The position numbers were made by a program, and so were the translations under genes. DNA of 64,000 bases from the human T2T-CHM13v2.0 reference genome, Homo sapiens. The stretch is from assembly GCF_009914755.1 (NCBI RefSeq), contig NC_060948.1; one strand, given 5' to 3'. The notes beneath the pieces are model-generated. The model did not search any database and was not told where the DNA came from. It saw only the letters and a program-made list of their open reading frames with translations. Below are positions 35,852-55,192 of this stretch, in pieces; positions within the stretch are counted from its first letter, which is position 1; each line of letters begins with the position of its first letter.

Positions 35852-36155
35852 TTTTTTTTTTTTTTTTTTTTTTTTTGGGAGATGGAGTTTTGCTCTTGCT
35901 GCCCAGGCTGGAGTGCAATGGCACAATCTTGGCTTACTGCAACCACTGCCTCCGGGTTCAAGCAATTCTTCTGCCTCAGCCTCCCCAGTAGCTGGGATTA
36001 TAGGCATGTACCACCACGCCTGGCAAATTTTTTGTATTTTTAGTAGAGAGAGGTTTCTCCATGTTGAGGCTGGTCTCGAACTCCTGACCTCAGGTGATCC
36101 ACCCACCTTGGCCTCCCAAAGTGCTCGGATTACAAGTGTGAGCCACCACGCCCAG
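35852..36155 (-). mobile_element. AluS (Sp/Sq-like)
   Basis: Poly-T, gagttttgctcttgctgcccaggctggagtgcaatgg, cctgacctcaggtgatcc. Confidence 0.93.
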
Positions 36156-36156
36156 A

Positions 36157-36467
36157 TTTTTTTTTTTTTTTTTTATTGTAACAGGGTCTCATTCTGTCAC
36201 CCAGACTGAAGTGCAGTTGTGCCATCTCAGCTCACTGCAGCTTTGACCTTCTGTGCTCAAGCAATCCTCCCACCTCAGCCTCCTGAGTAGCTGGAACTAC
36301 AGGTATACAAGTGTGTGCCACCATGCTTGGCTAATTTTTTTATTTTTTGTAGAGATGGGGTTTTGCCATGTTACTCAGCCTAGTCTGGAAATCCTGGGCT
36401 TGAGCAATCTGCCCACCTTAGCCTTCCCAAGTGCTGGAAATACAAGTGTGAGCCACTGTGCTCAGCC
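36157..36467 (-). mobile_element. AluJ
   Basis: cagggtctcattctgtcaccc, cctgggcttgagcaatc. Confidence 0.92.
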
Positions 36468-36599
36468 TTGATTTGAATTTGAGGGATAGTATAGTTCTGT
36501 GTTACTACACCTAGTAGAATATTAGCATATTCAGTGACTTTAATTAGACCTTAGTGTAATCCCCAGTAACAATCTGTTGCCTTGGATGTTCTGTTTTCT

Positions 36600-36843
36600 T
36601 TCTTTTTTTTTTTAAATTATACTTTAAGTTTTAGGGTACATGTGCACTACGTGCAGGTTTGTTACATACGTATACATGTGCCATGCTGGTGTGCTACACC
36701 CGTTAACTCGTCACTTAACATTAGCTATATCTCCTAATGCTATCCCTCCCCACTCCCTCCACCCCACAACAGGTCCCAGTGAGTGATGTTCCCCTTCATG
36801 TGTCCATGTGTTCTCATTGTTCAATTCCCACCTATGAGTGAGA
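36600..36843 (-). mobile_element. Short 5'-truncated L1PA3-like 3' end
   Basis: L1 3'UTR; perfect 16-bp TSD ggatgttctgttttct at 36584-36599 and 36844-36859. Confidence 0.95.
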
Positions 36844-37391
36844 GGATGTTCTGTTTTCTAAAGGTATATACGAGATTCTTGTATTCTTTTCATATTAGAG
36901 ACCCCTGGCCAGAGTAGGAGCTGTAGAGGCCACAGTGAGCCCTTCAGGAGAATGAGATACAGCAGAGTCACTGCTTGTGTTCTTGAGATGATTGGATGAC
37001 AAAGAGGGAAATGATAATGTTAACTGAGGAAAGTCTAGAACTGCAGGTTACCATATGTATCCCATATTTTAACCCTCACCTGTTGTTCCATTGTATTTTT
37101 CTATGTAAGTTTTTACTTGCAGTCCTATTTCTTTCTTATTTAAAAATCATGTTAATCATTGGTATTAGTAGCATCTTTGCCAGATAAAAAGGAAAAACTA
37201 AAGTGAATGCTTTATGACGATATGTGGGAGGAAAGAATGTAATAGCACTTGAGGAATATTGGAACTGATTATATATTACATGGCAGTGGGTAGTGTTTAA
37301 TAAAATGATTATATTTCATAGAAAGCATTACATCTTCTTTGAGTGAGAAACATAGAGATAATTTCATGCTACCCTCACCCTTTCTTTTAAA

Positions 37392-37491
37392 CATATATAT
37401 ATTTTTTTTAAATTTAAGTTAGAATTTGAGTAATTGTATTACCATATATATATTTTTTAAATTTAAGTTAGAATTTGAGTAATTGTATTAC
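37392..37491. repeat. ~50-bp tandem duplication
   Basis: catatatata(t)n-aaatttaagttagaatttgagtaattgtattac twice, differing only in T-run length. Confidence 0.93.
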
Positions 37492-37586
37492 ATGTGGTGC
37501 TGTTTTTCTCAGAGGAAAAATCAGCAAATTATTTCAAAGATATGGAGGATATGGTGTTTCTCTATATCCAGGTGGGACTGAACAAT

Positions 37587-39088
37587 GTATTAGCCAAGGA
37601 AAACCTTCCCTTTCACCCACTGGAGGCTCACTGAAAATCATGTCACAAAAAGCAGATTAATAGTAGAAAAGCGATACATATTTATTAAGTCATAGATCTG
37701 TGTAACACAAGAGCCTTCAGAACGAAGACGCAAAGATAAGATGGAGACCATTTTTTTTTCTTAATTTCAACTTTTATTTTAAATTCAGAGGATACAGCCT
37801 TGCTACATGAGAATATTTCATGGTGCTGATGTATAAGGTACTGTTGATCCCAATCAATAGTGGTAAGCATAGTGGCCACTAGCTAGCTTTTCAACCCATA
37901 CCCTGCTTTCTCCCCAGTCTAGTAGTCCCTGTGCCTATTGTTCCCATCTTTCTTTCCAGATTTACTCAAGCTCCCACTTGTAACTGAGAACATACAGTAT
38001 TTAATTTCCTGTATCCTGTGTTAATTCATTTAGTATGGTGGCCTCCAGCAGTATTCATGTTTCTGCAAAGGACCTGATTTTGTTCGTTTTCATGGTTGCA
38101 TAGTATTCCACAGTGCATGTATACCACATTTTCTTTATTCCACCACTGATAAGCATCCAGGTTGACTCATGCCTGTTTTTGCTATTGTGAATATTACTGC
38201 AGTGAACATACAACTGCATGTGTCTTTTTTGTAGAAAAATTTATTTTCCTCTAGGTATACACCCAGTAATGGGATTGCTGGGCCAAATGGTAGTTTTGTT
38301 CTAAGTCCTTTGAGAAATCTCCAAACTACTCTCCATAGTAGCGTAAATATTTTACGTTCTCACCAGGAGTATATAAGCATTCCTTTTTCTCTGCAACCTC
38401 ACTAGCTTTTGTTGGGTTTTTTTTGTTTTTGTTTTTGACTTTTTAATAGTAGCCATTCTGACTGGTGTGAGATGGTATCTCATTGTGGTTTTGATTTACA
38501 TTTCCCTAATGAACAGTAATGTGGAGCATTTTTCATATGTTTATTGATACTTATATGTTGAGAAGTATATGTCCATGTTCTTGGCACACCTTTTAATGTG
38601 GTTATTCGGAAACTCAATTTTTATGCCAAGATTCAGGAAACTGCACAGCCAGTAGAAATAAGATTGGACAAAAAGGCCCTGATCTAAAGCTAATGGGCTG
38701 AGTGGGGAAACCCAGCCAGGCCTGTCTGCCTAGATTCTTCTTGGCCTTTCTGAACAGCACTTTCTTCCTTCTGGATGTGGGATAGGACCCTCTCTGGAAT
38801 AGGGGTCTTAGGACCTACAATTCACACTGTTAGGACAGAAGATTTCTTTATGGCCAGTGTTTAAGAAAGTCAGGGGGAAAGTTAAGGTCATCTTTTATGG
38901 CTGCTTTGATAGAGAAGCGGTCTGGTTTGTATGACCTGCCTTTAGGAGGAGAGGTTCTAGTTTCTTTGGCCAGCCTCTAGGGAGAATGGAATTGAGAGAC
39001 AGCAGGTCAGGAAAGGGTCAGAGATAAACCTTCTGCCTCTGAGGCTGTTGAAGTCTTCATTTTGTGGTATCATTCTCTGAACCCCAAC
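37587..39088 (-). mobile_element. MER39/MER34-like LTR interrupted by an L1; pieces ~37587-37752 and ~38608-39088
   Basis: ctcactgaaaatca...gcagattaatagtagaaaag...gagccttcagaacgaagac; terminus gtggtatcattctctgaaccccaaca. Confidence 0.7.
37752..38607 (-). mobile_element. Older L1 3' end (L1PA15/16 or L1PB-like)
   Basis: ttcaacttttattttaaattcagagg...tttgagaaatctccaaact...gccattctgactggtgtgagatggtatctc. Confidence 0.85.
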
Positions 39089-39212
39089 AACACACATTGT
39101 TTTAACTTCATACAAAACACTTAGATCAGTTGGGTCCAAACATGGGTTTATACACTGTGTGGCAAAAGTATGGTCCTTCCCTCTACTCCAAAGGGAACAA
39201 ATGAAATTTATT

Positions 39213-45356
<6,144 letters not shown>

Positions 45357-46191
45357 ATGAAGTTTATTTTGGAGAAAGTTAACTCAGAACAGAAGGACCT
45401 AGGGATATCAGAGAGTTGAGATGGGGCAAGGGCCTGGGCTCCCTGTCTGTCCTGACAAAGTTAGAACAGAAGGACCCAGAGACATCAGAGAGTGGAGTGA
45501 GGGTGAGGGCCTAGGCTCCTTGTTTGTAAGGGAATTGTCTACACTGTGCATACTAATGATCATCAGCTTTCTTGTCCTTCCTTCAAAGTTGAAAGTCACC
45601 GTACTCCTTCAAGTCCATCCTGGAGGATCCCTTTCTTCATAAACTGAACTGGCCAAGAAAAGTATTCCATAATTGGTATTTAAAGGCCATTTGGGCCTAT
45701 TACTTATGTACTGTACAATATGTTCACCTGCTGAGGAGGGAACCCTGGCTATCCACACAGACCTGATTCTTAAGTGAGAAAAGACAGTCTTAAATCCTAG
45801 ATATTCTTGAGAAGGCTTCAATAAGAAACTCATTTTAAAAATTGAAAAAATAATCATCTGGAGGTAGCACACACACCAACCAAGGAAACAGGGACAAAAT
45901 TAATCTGTAACCTGTAGGAAATACACTGAAGTAGTGACTCATAAAAAAATGGGAATTCTATTAAAATGTAACATATTACACAAATTAAAGTATCCTATTG
46001 GAGAGAGAATGTGAGGAGATCTCCAATGGATAAAACTTCAGTTAGAGAGAGTGATAGCAAAGGGAAAGGAACAAATATGGAGACTCTAGGAATCTGACAT
46101 TCAAAGAGTATTTTCAGGAAGGATGACAGAGAATACAAATAAGCAAAAGTGACTTACATTCAAATAGTGTTTAAAAAGTAATCCCAGCGTT

Positions 46192-46890
46192 ATTGTGTAA
46201 CAGTGCTGAAATAAATGTATCTGTACATGTGTCTTCATAGTTGAATGATTTATAATCCTTTTTGTATATACCCAGTAATGGGATTGCTGGATCAAATGGT
46301 ATGTCTCATTCTAGGTCCTTGAGGAATCACCACGTTGTGTTCCACAACAGTTGAACTAATTTATACTCCCACCAGCAGTGTAAAAGCATTCCCATTTCTC
46401 CACATCCTCTCTAGCATCTGTTGTTTCCTGACATTTTAATGATCGCCATTCTAACTGGCATGAGATTGTATCTCATTGTGGTTTTGATTTGCATTTATCT
46501 AATACACCATGAAATATATGCAGCCATGAAAAAGGATGAGTTCGTGTCCTTTGCAGGGACATAGATGAAGCTGGAAACCATCATTCTCAGCAAACTAATA
46601 CAAGAACAGAAAACCAAACACCACATGTTCTTACTCATGAGTAGGAGTTGAACAATGAGAACACATGGACACAGGGAGGGGAACATCACACACCAGGGCC
46701 TGTCATGTGGTGGGGAGTAGGGGGAGAGATAGTATTAGGAGAAATACCTAGTGTTGATGACGCGTTGATGGGTGCAGCAAGCCACCATACCATATGTATA
46801 CATATGTAACAATCCTGCACATTCTGCCCATGTACCCCAGAACTTAAAATGATAATAATAATAATTGCCATCATCATCATCATCATCATC
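46192..46890 (+). mobile_element. Short L1PA (about PA7-8) with 5' inversion; tail degenerated to (ATA)n/(ATC)n
   Basis: Antisense part 46192-46502, sense 3' end from ~46502; TSD atcccagc(g/a)tt at 46181-46191 and 46891-46901. Confidence 0.9.
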
Positions 46891-47039
46891 ATCCCAGCAT
46901 TGAGGGATCTACACTTCCAGGCTTAGGAAACAACATCAGGGTTCATCACAGTGAAAGAATTGAAACTCCAAACTCCAAAAGCACATTGTGAGATTTCAGA
47001 AGAGCAAATATGTGGGAAAGACCATAAGAGCTTGAAGGC

Positions 47040-47440
47040 TGTATTAGTCCATTCTTGTACTGACACAAATACCCGAGATTGGATAATTTATAAAGAAAAG
47101 AGGTTTAATTGGCTCATGGTTTTTTAAACTGCACAGGAAGCATGATAGCGTCTGTGGTGGCCTCAGGAATGTTTCAATCATGGCAGAAAGTGAAAGCAAA
47201 GCAGGTTCATCTTATGTGGCTAGAGCAAGAAGAGGAGAGAGACAGAACATGCTACAAAATTTTATACAACCAGATCTCCTGAGAATTCACTTACTATACA
47301 GTACCAAGGGGGATATACAGTATCATTCTAGAGAACTCTGCCCTCCATGATGCCATCACCTCCCGCCAGGCACCATCTCCAACACTGGGGATTAGAATTC
47401 AATATGAGATTTGGGTGAGGATACAGATGCAAACCGTCTC
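47040..47440 (-). mobile_element. MaLR solo LTR (MSTA/MSTB)
   Basis: tgtattagtccattctt...aaagaaaagaggtttaattggctca...tgagatttgggtgaggatacagatgcaaaccgtctca. Confidence 0.88.
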
Positions 47441-48056
47441 AAGAATTTGTAATTTCATAGAATGCTTCATGTTTTCACCAAATGTTAAAAATATAGAAAC
47501 TTTCATTATTCTAAGAAAAAATAATTTTACCACATAGAACTCTTATCTTGGAGCAGCTCTTTGTGGGCAGGCAGAGTCAAAGCATTTACGCTGATGTATC
47601 ATTTCAAAAAATTTACCTTTCATGCTTCCCTTCTTGGAAAGATGTGTGATCGTGTGTTCCTTCAAACAGTGGAATAAATGATGAATACAAAGATGGAGAA
47701 TCTAAGAAACAGTGGCCTTCACAGAAGACAGCTGAAGTAATTAAGACATCAGATTATTGCCTGGAGCAGGCTGGGACATCTGACATCCTAGAGTTAAACT
47801 TTGAGGAGAATGAACATAAAAGAAAAGGAAGTAAGCCATTTGACCAGGTAGAAATAGTACTCGAGATGGGCTTTAGTCCAGAAAAATTGAACAATATACA
47901 CACAGACAAGCATGAAATGAAAACCTGAAGCAGTTATTGTCTCCAGATAAAACAGGAGGTGATTCAATGAAGGAGATTTAATTGGGGTAGAAGGCTTAGT
48001 TCAGGAGTGATTAGTTCAGGAGTAATTGCACAGTTACAGTAAAGTTGAAGAGAGAA

Positions 48057-48371
48057 GGCTGGGTACAGTGGATCATACCTGTAGTCCCAGCACTTTGGGC
48101 GGCCAAGACAGGCAGATCTCTTTAGCCCAAGACTTGGAGACCAGCCCGGGCAATATGGCAAAACCCCATCTCTACAGAAAAAAAAATGAAAAAATTAGCC
48201 AGTATGGTGGCACTTGCCTGTAGTCCTAGTTATGGCAGAGTCTGAGGTGGGAGGATGTTTTGAACCTGGGAAGTCGGGGTTGCAGTGAGTTGTGATTGTA
48301 CCATTGCACTGCAGCCTGGGCAACAGAGCAAGACCCTGTCTCTAAAAACAACAACAAACAAACAAACAAAC
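48057..48371 (+). mobile_element. AluJ with (AAAC)n tail
   Basis: Dimeric Alu; gagcaagaccctgtctc. Confidence 0.9.
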
Positions 48372-48620
48372 ACGGGGCAAATAGAGTGGGGGTTGCCCAT
48401 AGGTAATTAATAGGTAATATCTAAAAACAATATATCAAGAAAAAATAGCATGAACTATTTCTTAGTAATATCAAGAAGATATTTGAAGGAGAGAAGCTAA
48501 GAAATCTGAAAGCATTTGCCTTCTAGCAAGTGTGGTCCTGGGATGTCGTATGCTGTGCAAGAAAGTGCTGTTGTGCAAATAACACCTGTAGTAGTTCGAC
48601 TTTTAAAAATTCATGCATGC

Positions 48621-48910
<290 letters not shown>

Positions 48911-48970
48911 CACCTCACGCATGCCTTTCTTTGTTTCCAAAGAAACAAGTAGTTTTATACTACTTACATA

Positions 48971-49043
48971 TTATGGTAGAATGATTTATAATCTTTTGGC
49001 TATATACTCAGTAATGGGATTACTTGGTCAAATGGTATTTCTA
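48971..49043 (-). mobile_element. ~70-bp internal L1 ORF2-end fragment without poly-A
   Basis: tagaatgatttataatcttttggctatatactcagtaatgggatt...ggtcaaatggtatttct matches the same L1 region seen at 2704-2770 and 30186-30250. Confidence 0.85.
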
Positions 49044-49400
49044 CTATTCTTTGTTTCCAAAGAAAGGCATGGTATGGAAATGGTTTCCAACAGTTGGAGA
49101 AACAAATTTTTTTTCCAAAAGAAAAATGATAAGGCCAAGATTGAATGGTATGTGAATGTGAATATGATAGTTAAAAGCATTATTTCTCAAATGTACCTTC
49201 CCATTGGAATCAGCTGGAGAATGTAATAAGTATTAATGCCTGTGCTATGGTCCTCCAGAGATACTGACTTGCTTGGTCTGCAATGCAGACCGGGCAGTGA
49301 GATTTTTTTCAGTTCTTCTTAGGGATTGTGAGATACAGCAGAGTTTAGGAAGCATGGATCTAGGTTTGCTCAGATTCTTACTTTCATTTAAAAATCTGTA

Positions 49401-49729
49401 TCTGGGCACAATGGGTCATACCTGCAATCCCAGAACATTGTACTGGGTGGAGGTGGCAGGATCATTTGTATCCAAGAGCTCCAGACAAGCCTGGGCAACA
49501 TAGTGAAACCCCATCTGTATGGAAAAAAAAAAAAAAAAAAAAAAAAAAAGAAAAAGAAAAAAATTAGCCAAGTGTAATAGTTCATGCCTATGTTCTCAGC
49601 TATTCAGGAGGCTAAGGTAGGAGGATCACTTGAGCCTTGGAGGTCATGGCTGCAGTCAGCTGAGATCACACCACCACACTCTAGCCTGTACAACAGAGTG
49701 AGACCCTGTCTCAAACAAACAAACAAAAA
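49401..49729 (+). mobile_element. AluJ with expanded central A tract
   Basis: Dimeric Alu; long A run 49523-49563. Confidence 0.9.
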
Positions 49730-51002
49730 TTACGCAGTGTACTCTTCAACAAGATAAAGTGGTTTCAGTAATAAACTACTAATAATATGATGATTTAGAT
49801 TGAGCAAACTTCACTTAGTCATTTCTTTTTTATTATCTGATATGTTCTTTATAAAAAGTTTTAATTGCTTAAAAATGACCTAATGCTTCTCCCAAGCTTC
49901 CTTTTTTTTTTCTCTCTCTCTTAACTGAAGTCACAGAATGTTCTCCTTTGTGGAGTGCTAAACAACATTAAGAAATTATTAGCTTTAAGGACATTCTAAG
50001 AGTAAGGTTATAAACCTAAAACCCCTAAAAGGTAAAAGAAAATTGAAGAGGCAGTACAAAGACTGTCCTCTCTCAAAGGGTCCCTTCTCATGGAAATAGG
50101 CTGCTATTCCAGGTCAGTGGGAGGTGATCCTATGGGAAGCCCATTGTGTATGGCCCATGGCACCATTCCAGCTTAATTGTTCCAATTCCTCCTGTTTCTC
50201 TGACTGCACATGAGGTTAAATTAAATATAATTTTCTCAGTTTGCATTTCCCAGGCAGTCATCCTAAGTGGCTTCTTGAAGGCGGTCTGTGCATTCCGCTA
50301 TCTAATTCTGTGATGTCCTTTAACTCGAGGGCCAGTGACATGATTATCAGCTCTAGAAGTTCATTCTGTGGTCAGAGATGCTTGTGCAGTGGCCATTTTC
50401 TTTCATTATGATCTGGCCTTTCCCAAGCTTCAGAAGTGAAGAGAATTGACTTTCCTACTAATGAGCATTGGCACTTAGGAAGTGAATACTTTATCTTTTG
50501 CAGCTAGTGTGTTCTACATTTCTTCAGTGTACCTCCTGCCTGGTAAATATCAGATTATTTGTTGACCATCTCTCAGGGTATAGTTCTTTGTGTTATTAAA
50601 TGAGAACCTAGTGGCTTACAAAGCATTGGCTTTTGAGGAGCCACTTTTATCCTAGATGATAACTCAAATCCATACAGTGCTGATATTTACAGCTGGGAGA
50701 TGACATTGTCTTATCTTTGGGTCTATTGCTCAAATTTCTGATTTCAGCAGGACTTACTCACTGGCTGCCTTCTGTCTTGGGGATGCCTTTGATCTGTCTT
50801 GCCTTGGGGGACCCTCCCTCTGACCTGGATTAGCAGCCTATTTCCACAAGAATGGACCCTCTGAGAGAGGACAGTCTTCGTACTGGCTCTTCCGATTTTC
50901 CTTTATCTGTTATGGGTTTTGGGTTTATAAATTTACTCTTAGAATGTCCTTAAAGCTAATAATTTTTTAACGTTCTTTAGCATATTACTAAAAGCTATTC
51001 AT

Positions 51003-51358
51003 CTGCTTGAGAGACTGAGGAAGGAGTGTTGCTTGAGCCTGAAAGATTGAGGCTGCAGTGAGCTGTGATCCTGCCACTGCACTCCAGTCTGGGTGACAGA
51101 GAAAGACCTTGTCTCAAAAAAATAAAAAGGACAGGTACAATAGCTCATGCATGTAATCCCAGTACTTTGAGGGGCTGAGGCAGGAGGATTGCTTTAGGCC
51201 AGAGTTCTAGACCAGCCTGCAACATAGGGAGATCCATCTCTTCAAAACATAAAAAATTAATTAGACATGATGGCACATGCCTGTAGTCCCAGCTTCTTGA
51301 GGGGTTGAGACCAGCAGGAGGATTTCTAGGGCCTAGGAGTTCCAGGATGCAATGAGCA
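51003..51358 (+). mobile_element. Two adjacent AluJ pieces (right arm 51003-51128; 3'-truncated Alu 51129-51358)
   Basis: gaggctgcagtgagctgtgatc...gtctcaaaaa then ggacaggtacaatagctcatgcatgtaatccc. Confidence 0.85.
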
Positions 51359-52784
51359 ATACTTATGTGGTTAATACATATTGAAACCAGTTGTTGGAGA
51401 ATTAGTATGTGTTCTCCCACAAATTCAGTATGTTTTTGTAATGGTCCAACTAATTCAAATGGTATAAACATAATATAAGCAAATTATTTTATGTTGTTTG
51501 TTTAAAAACCTTTTTGACTGAATCAGTCTATGACGCTTTAGTATTTGAAGTTGTGGGCAGAACTTAGTCTTAAGATAGCACTCACCTTGGTGATAGATTT
51601 CCATGGAGGGAATTTTTGCCAGATGTTAATTTAGCCTGAAGATGTTATAGATGTGGACAGTCACGCCCTCTAAGTCTGGGGTGGGCTAATTGAAAAGAAC
51701 ATGCAGGAACCAGGCTTGTTAAGGGATAAACATAGGGGAAATGGAACAATTATGGCAGAGATTGAATTGGGTTTAATTGGGTTAGGAAGAGTGAAAGAAT
51801 AGATTTTAATAAGAGGTCTGGAAATAGCCAAGAAACCCACTTATTGTAGAAAATGTGTGACATCTGATTACCGTAGTGAAAGAAAGATCCCCCTTCAAAA
51901 ATCCTATCTATACAGAAAGAAGTGGTAGGTAAAAGGAAATCTTCCCATGGATGTATTTAAGAAAAACAGTGGGGAGGTCTGAGATTTCAAAGGGCCATGG
52001 TTCAGATTATAATTCAAAAGAGAGGCAAGTGATAGTTCCCCTCTTCTTGGGTTTCAGGAAGGGGGAAGATTTGGCCACTTGTGAAATAATTTTGGAGCTT
52101 CTATAACCTTGAGCCTTTCTTCTTATTTTTTCCTGGACTTGAGACATAAGGGGATTGATAAGATGGGACCAGAGAAAAAGCAGGTTTTGAAATGCCTTTT
52201 TTGATTCTGTTCATTTCTGGAATTCTTCATCATGGTCCTTAAAGAGTACATATTTGTTCCTGATACACAACATGCAGTGGTCTATTAATGAAGCTTTATT
52301 TCCTCAGCTAGGTTGCCTCCTCCATTAATTTGTGGGATTTTAGATGAAAACTTACTTGAACTGTGGTTTTCTCTGTGTTTGTGAATGGAAGGACATGTTT
52401 GTCTTTGACCTTCCTTTAGTTTCACATCTTAGTCTTAATATTTAAGTAGCTTTGTTTCAGACAGAGAAGGACCATGCGTTCAGTTGCTGGGACTGCTCTC
52501 TAGGTTAGAGGCTTTCTGGTCTTGGGGAAGATTCCCCACAAACTAAGCAAGTGGCATAGATGCTTAATATTCTAAGTGAGAGAAGCACTAGAGTTTTTTA
52601 TTCATTACTTGTGAGCGCAGATGTGGCCTCTGGGGAAGCTCAGCTGAGGTGGTCTCATGTTCCACCAAAGGTCACCAGAGAGAGATGGCCAGGAAGACAG
52701 GAAGACTTGTCTCACCTGGGAGGGTATGGCAACAGCTATGCAAGACCTCTTGTTGGAGATATGTGACATTCATTCATTTATTTA

Positions 52785-53065
52785 TTTTTTGAAACATAGT
52801 TTCATTCTTTCACCCAGGCTGAAGTACAGTGGCACGATCAGGGCTCACTGCAACTTCCCTGTCTCGAGCTCAAGCCATTCTCCCACCTCAGCCTCCTGAG
52901 TAGCTAGGACAGCAGGCAGGTACCACTCTGTCCAGGTAATTTTTAAAATCTTTTTAGAAACAAGGTATTGCCATGTTGCCCAGGCTGGTCTGGAACTCCT
53001 AGGCTCCACTCCCGCATTGGCCTCCAAAAGTGCTGGTATTGCAGGGATGAGCCTTGGTGCCTGGC
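52785..53065 (-). mobile_element. AluJ
   Basis: cacccaggctgaagtacagtggcacgatc...gcccaggctggtctggaactcc. Confidence 0.88.
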
Positions 53066-53466
53066 CCATTTATTCTTAAGTACTTATGCTCAGGGCAGGT
53101 CTTCCAAGGGAAGAAAAGAACAGCCAGATAAGACTCGTATGAGATAGCTGAGGAGGCGGCATTTCATCCTTCTATGCATATCCTCCTTATCCACAAGCAG
53201 AATGCTGTCCTACAACCATTGCTGTCCCCATTAGGTCATGATAGGTAGACATGCAGGTGATGACCACAGACTGGCAGTTAGCCAAGGATTCTCAGTGTTG
53301 CACGTTGCATGGGTGAGTGTGTGTGACGGATGCCTCTGGCAGTTTGGTGGAAAATTGGTACGTTTTGTAAAAATGATATGTTTAAGTCTTCTAATAAGGT
53401 AAATACTCATAAGAGGAAGTCAGTTTTATTGAAATAGTTAGCACATATATTAATATTAATATTTAA

Positions 53467-53612
53467 GGCCAGGTGCATTGACTCATTCTTGTAAATCCCA
53501 GCATTTGGGGATGCTGAGGTGAGAAGATCTCTTGAGGCCAGGAGTTCAAGTTGCCAGCCTGGACAACAAAGGGAGACTATTTCTACAAACAATAAAATAA
53601 AAAAAAATAAAA
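53467..53612 (+). mobile_element. Alu monomer (FLAM / AluJ left arm)
   Basis: ggccaggtgcattgactca...gaggccaggagttcaag followed by A tail. Confidence 0.85.
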
Positions 53613-53876
53613 GATATATTTAAACTGGGCTGTAGTAATACATGTGTATCTTTATTGTATATTAAGTAGCTGGATCTACTTATGAGGTTCATACTAGTCA
53701 CAATTTCTTAGTACAATTGAGTTTAAACAATATTTTGGGGTATTTGTCCTACCAACATTGATAATGGAAGAAAATACTAAATTTCAGTGCACGGTAATGA
53801 AACTAAACATGTAATTCCTTTTTCCCATTGCAGTTAGTAGAACCCATAGAATGTATCTAAAGACACCTAGGTGGCA

Positions 53877-53998
53877 AAAGGTAAATGCTTGAGGGTATGA
53901 TACCCCATTCTCCATGATGTGATTGCATACCTGTATCAAAATATCTCATGTACCTCATAAATATATATACATGCTGTGTACCCACAAAAATAAATAAA
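53877..53998 (+). mobile_element. L1MA-type extreme 3' end
   Basis: taaatgcttgaggg...ccccattctccatgatgtgatt...cctgtatcaaaatatctcatgtacc...gtacccacaaaaat. Confidence 0.8.
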
Positions 53999-55192
53999 GA
54001 GGAAACTTGGATGGGATTGGGATTTTTGATGTTAGGGTGGAGAACGTCTGCATTGAGGATTGTGTAGAGGGAAGAGTTTTGATTTATTATACCCGTTTCT
54101 TTAAAAAAACAAAACAAAACCAAAAAAAACCTGCATGTGATGTGAGGAATTTTGCCAGAGGTGGGGAACGTGAAACTCACTAGTTGAAAACATTCTATAC
54201 TGAGGTAATTTTTTTATGTCAAAAAGAAAGTGAAGAGTGTGGCAGATTAAAATCTTCATGTTATTTGCATTTTACAAGCTTGGAAGTCTCAATATCAATT
54301 ATTATTGACTGCTATTTACTGCAATTTTTGACACAAAACATACTTCATTTTAATGAACTTTGCCTTGTTTGAATGTTCGTAAGACTTTGGAGGGAGTTTT
54401 AGAAAGAGATAGTTGCCTTTGATCCCTGAAGTATATTATTTGGTCTATCCTGATTCTGTCTCTTGACTTTGCACTTGTCTTTCCTGAACTCTGTTTAAAA
54501 GAAGCTTTTTTTTATGCCTCTTTTCTTCCTTCCTATTCTAATATGAGATACAGAGGTTTTTATGGGTAACATCTTGTCTATATGCCAGATTGTGGAAGCC
54601 TTGGTTGTTACCCAGGGATGGAAGGTCTGATCTCAGTTAAGTTCTGACCCTAGGATAAGAAGCCCCTCTGGAGTAACTGACTCAGTGGGGTAGAGCCTAT
54701 TTTCACAAATTAATATTCCTGTCTGGGGATGGCAGTGAAAACATTTTGGGCAGTGGGTGGAAATGATAATGTTCAAGCCTGAAGATGAAGTTTGCCTTTT
54801 CTCGGAGCTTGTACAGTGTCATACTCCGGAAATAAACTGTGTGGGAAAGGTGGTGTTTAGTAACCTAGAGCTGTACACCTTGCAAGGCCCTCATCTTGTC
54901 ATTCTGCACTGTAAGAAGCACATGAAGAAAGAGTGTAGGCTGTCAGAGAGAGCGTCACACTGAAGTAGGCACTTCTTACATACAGCTGTCTGCCTAAAAT
55001 AGAGTAACTTTAGCAAATAGGATCTGTGATATAGAAATTGGAAACTCTAGCCAGGGTTGTGAAAAATGGAGCTGGGGTCACAGGTGGTGGACTGGAAAAC
55101 GTTCTGAAGAAACTCAGCTTTTTGGATATTGTACAGTTCATTAGGGGAGCTATGAGAAGCAGTTATGAAGCTCCTTATGAACGAAACGTAGA

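Noticed and set aside
45550-45680. Possible splice acceptor (actaat branch point, pyrimidine tract, aag) and cassette exon
   Set aside because: No convincing donor site or recognisable peptide; such motifs occur by chance
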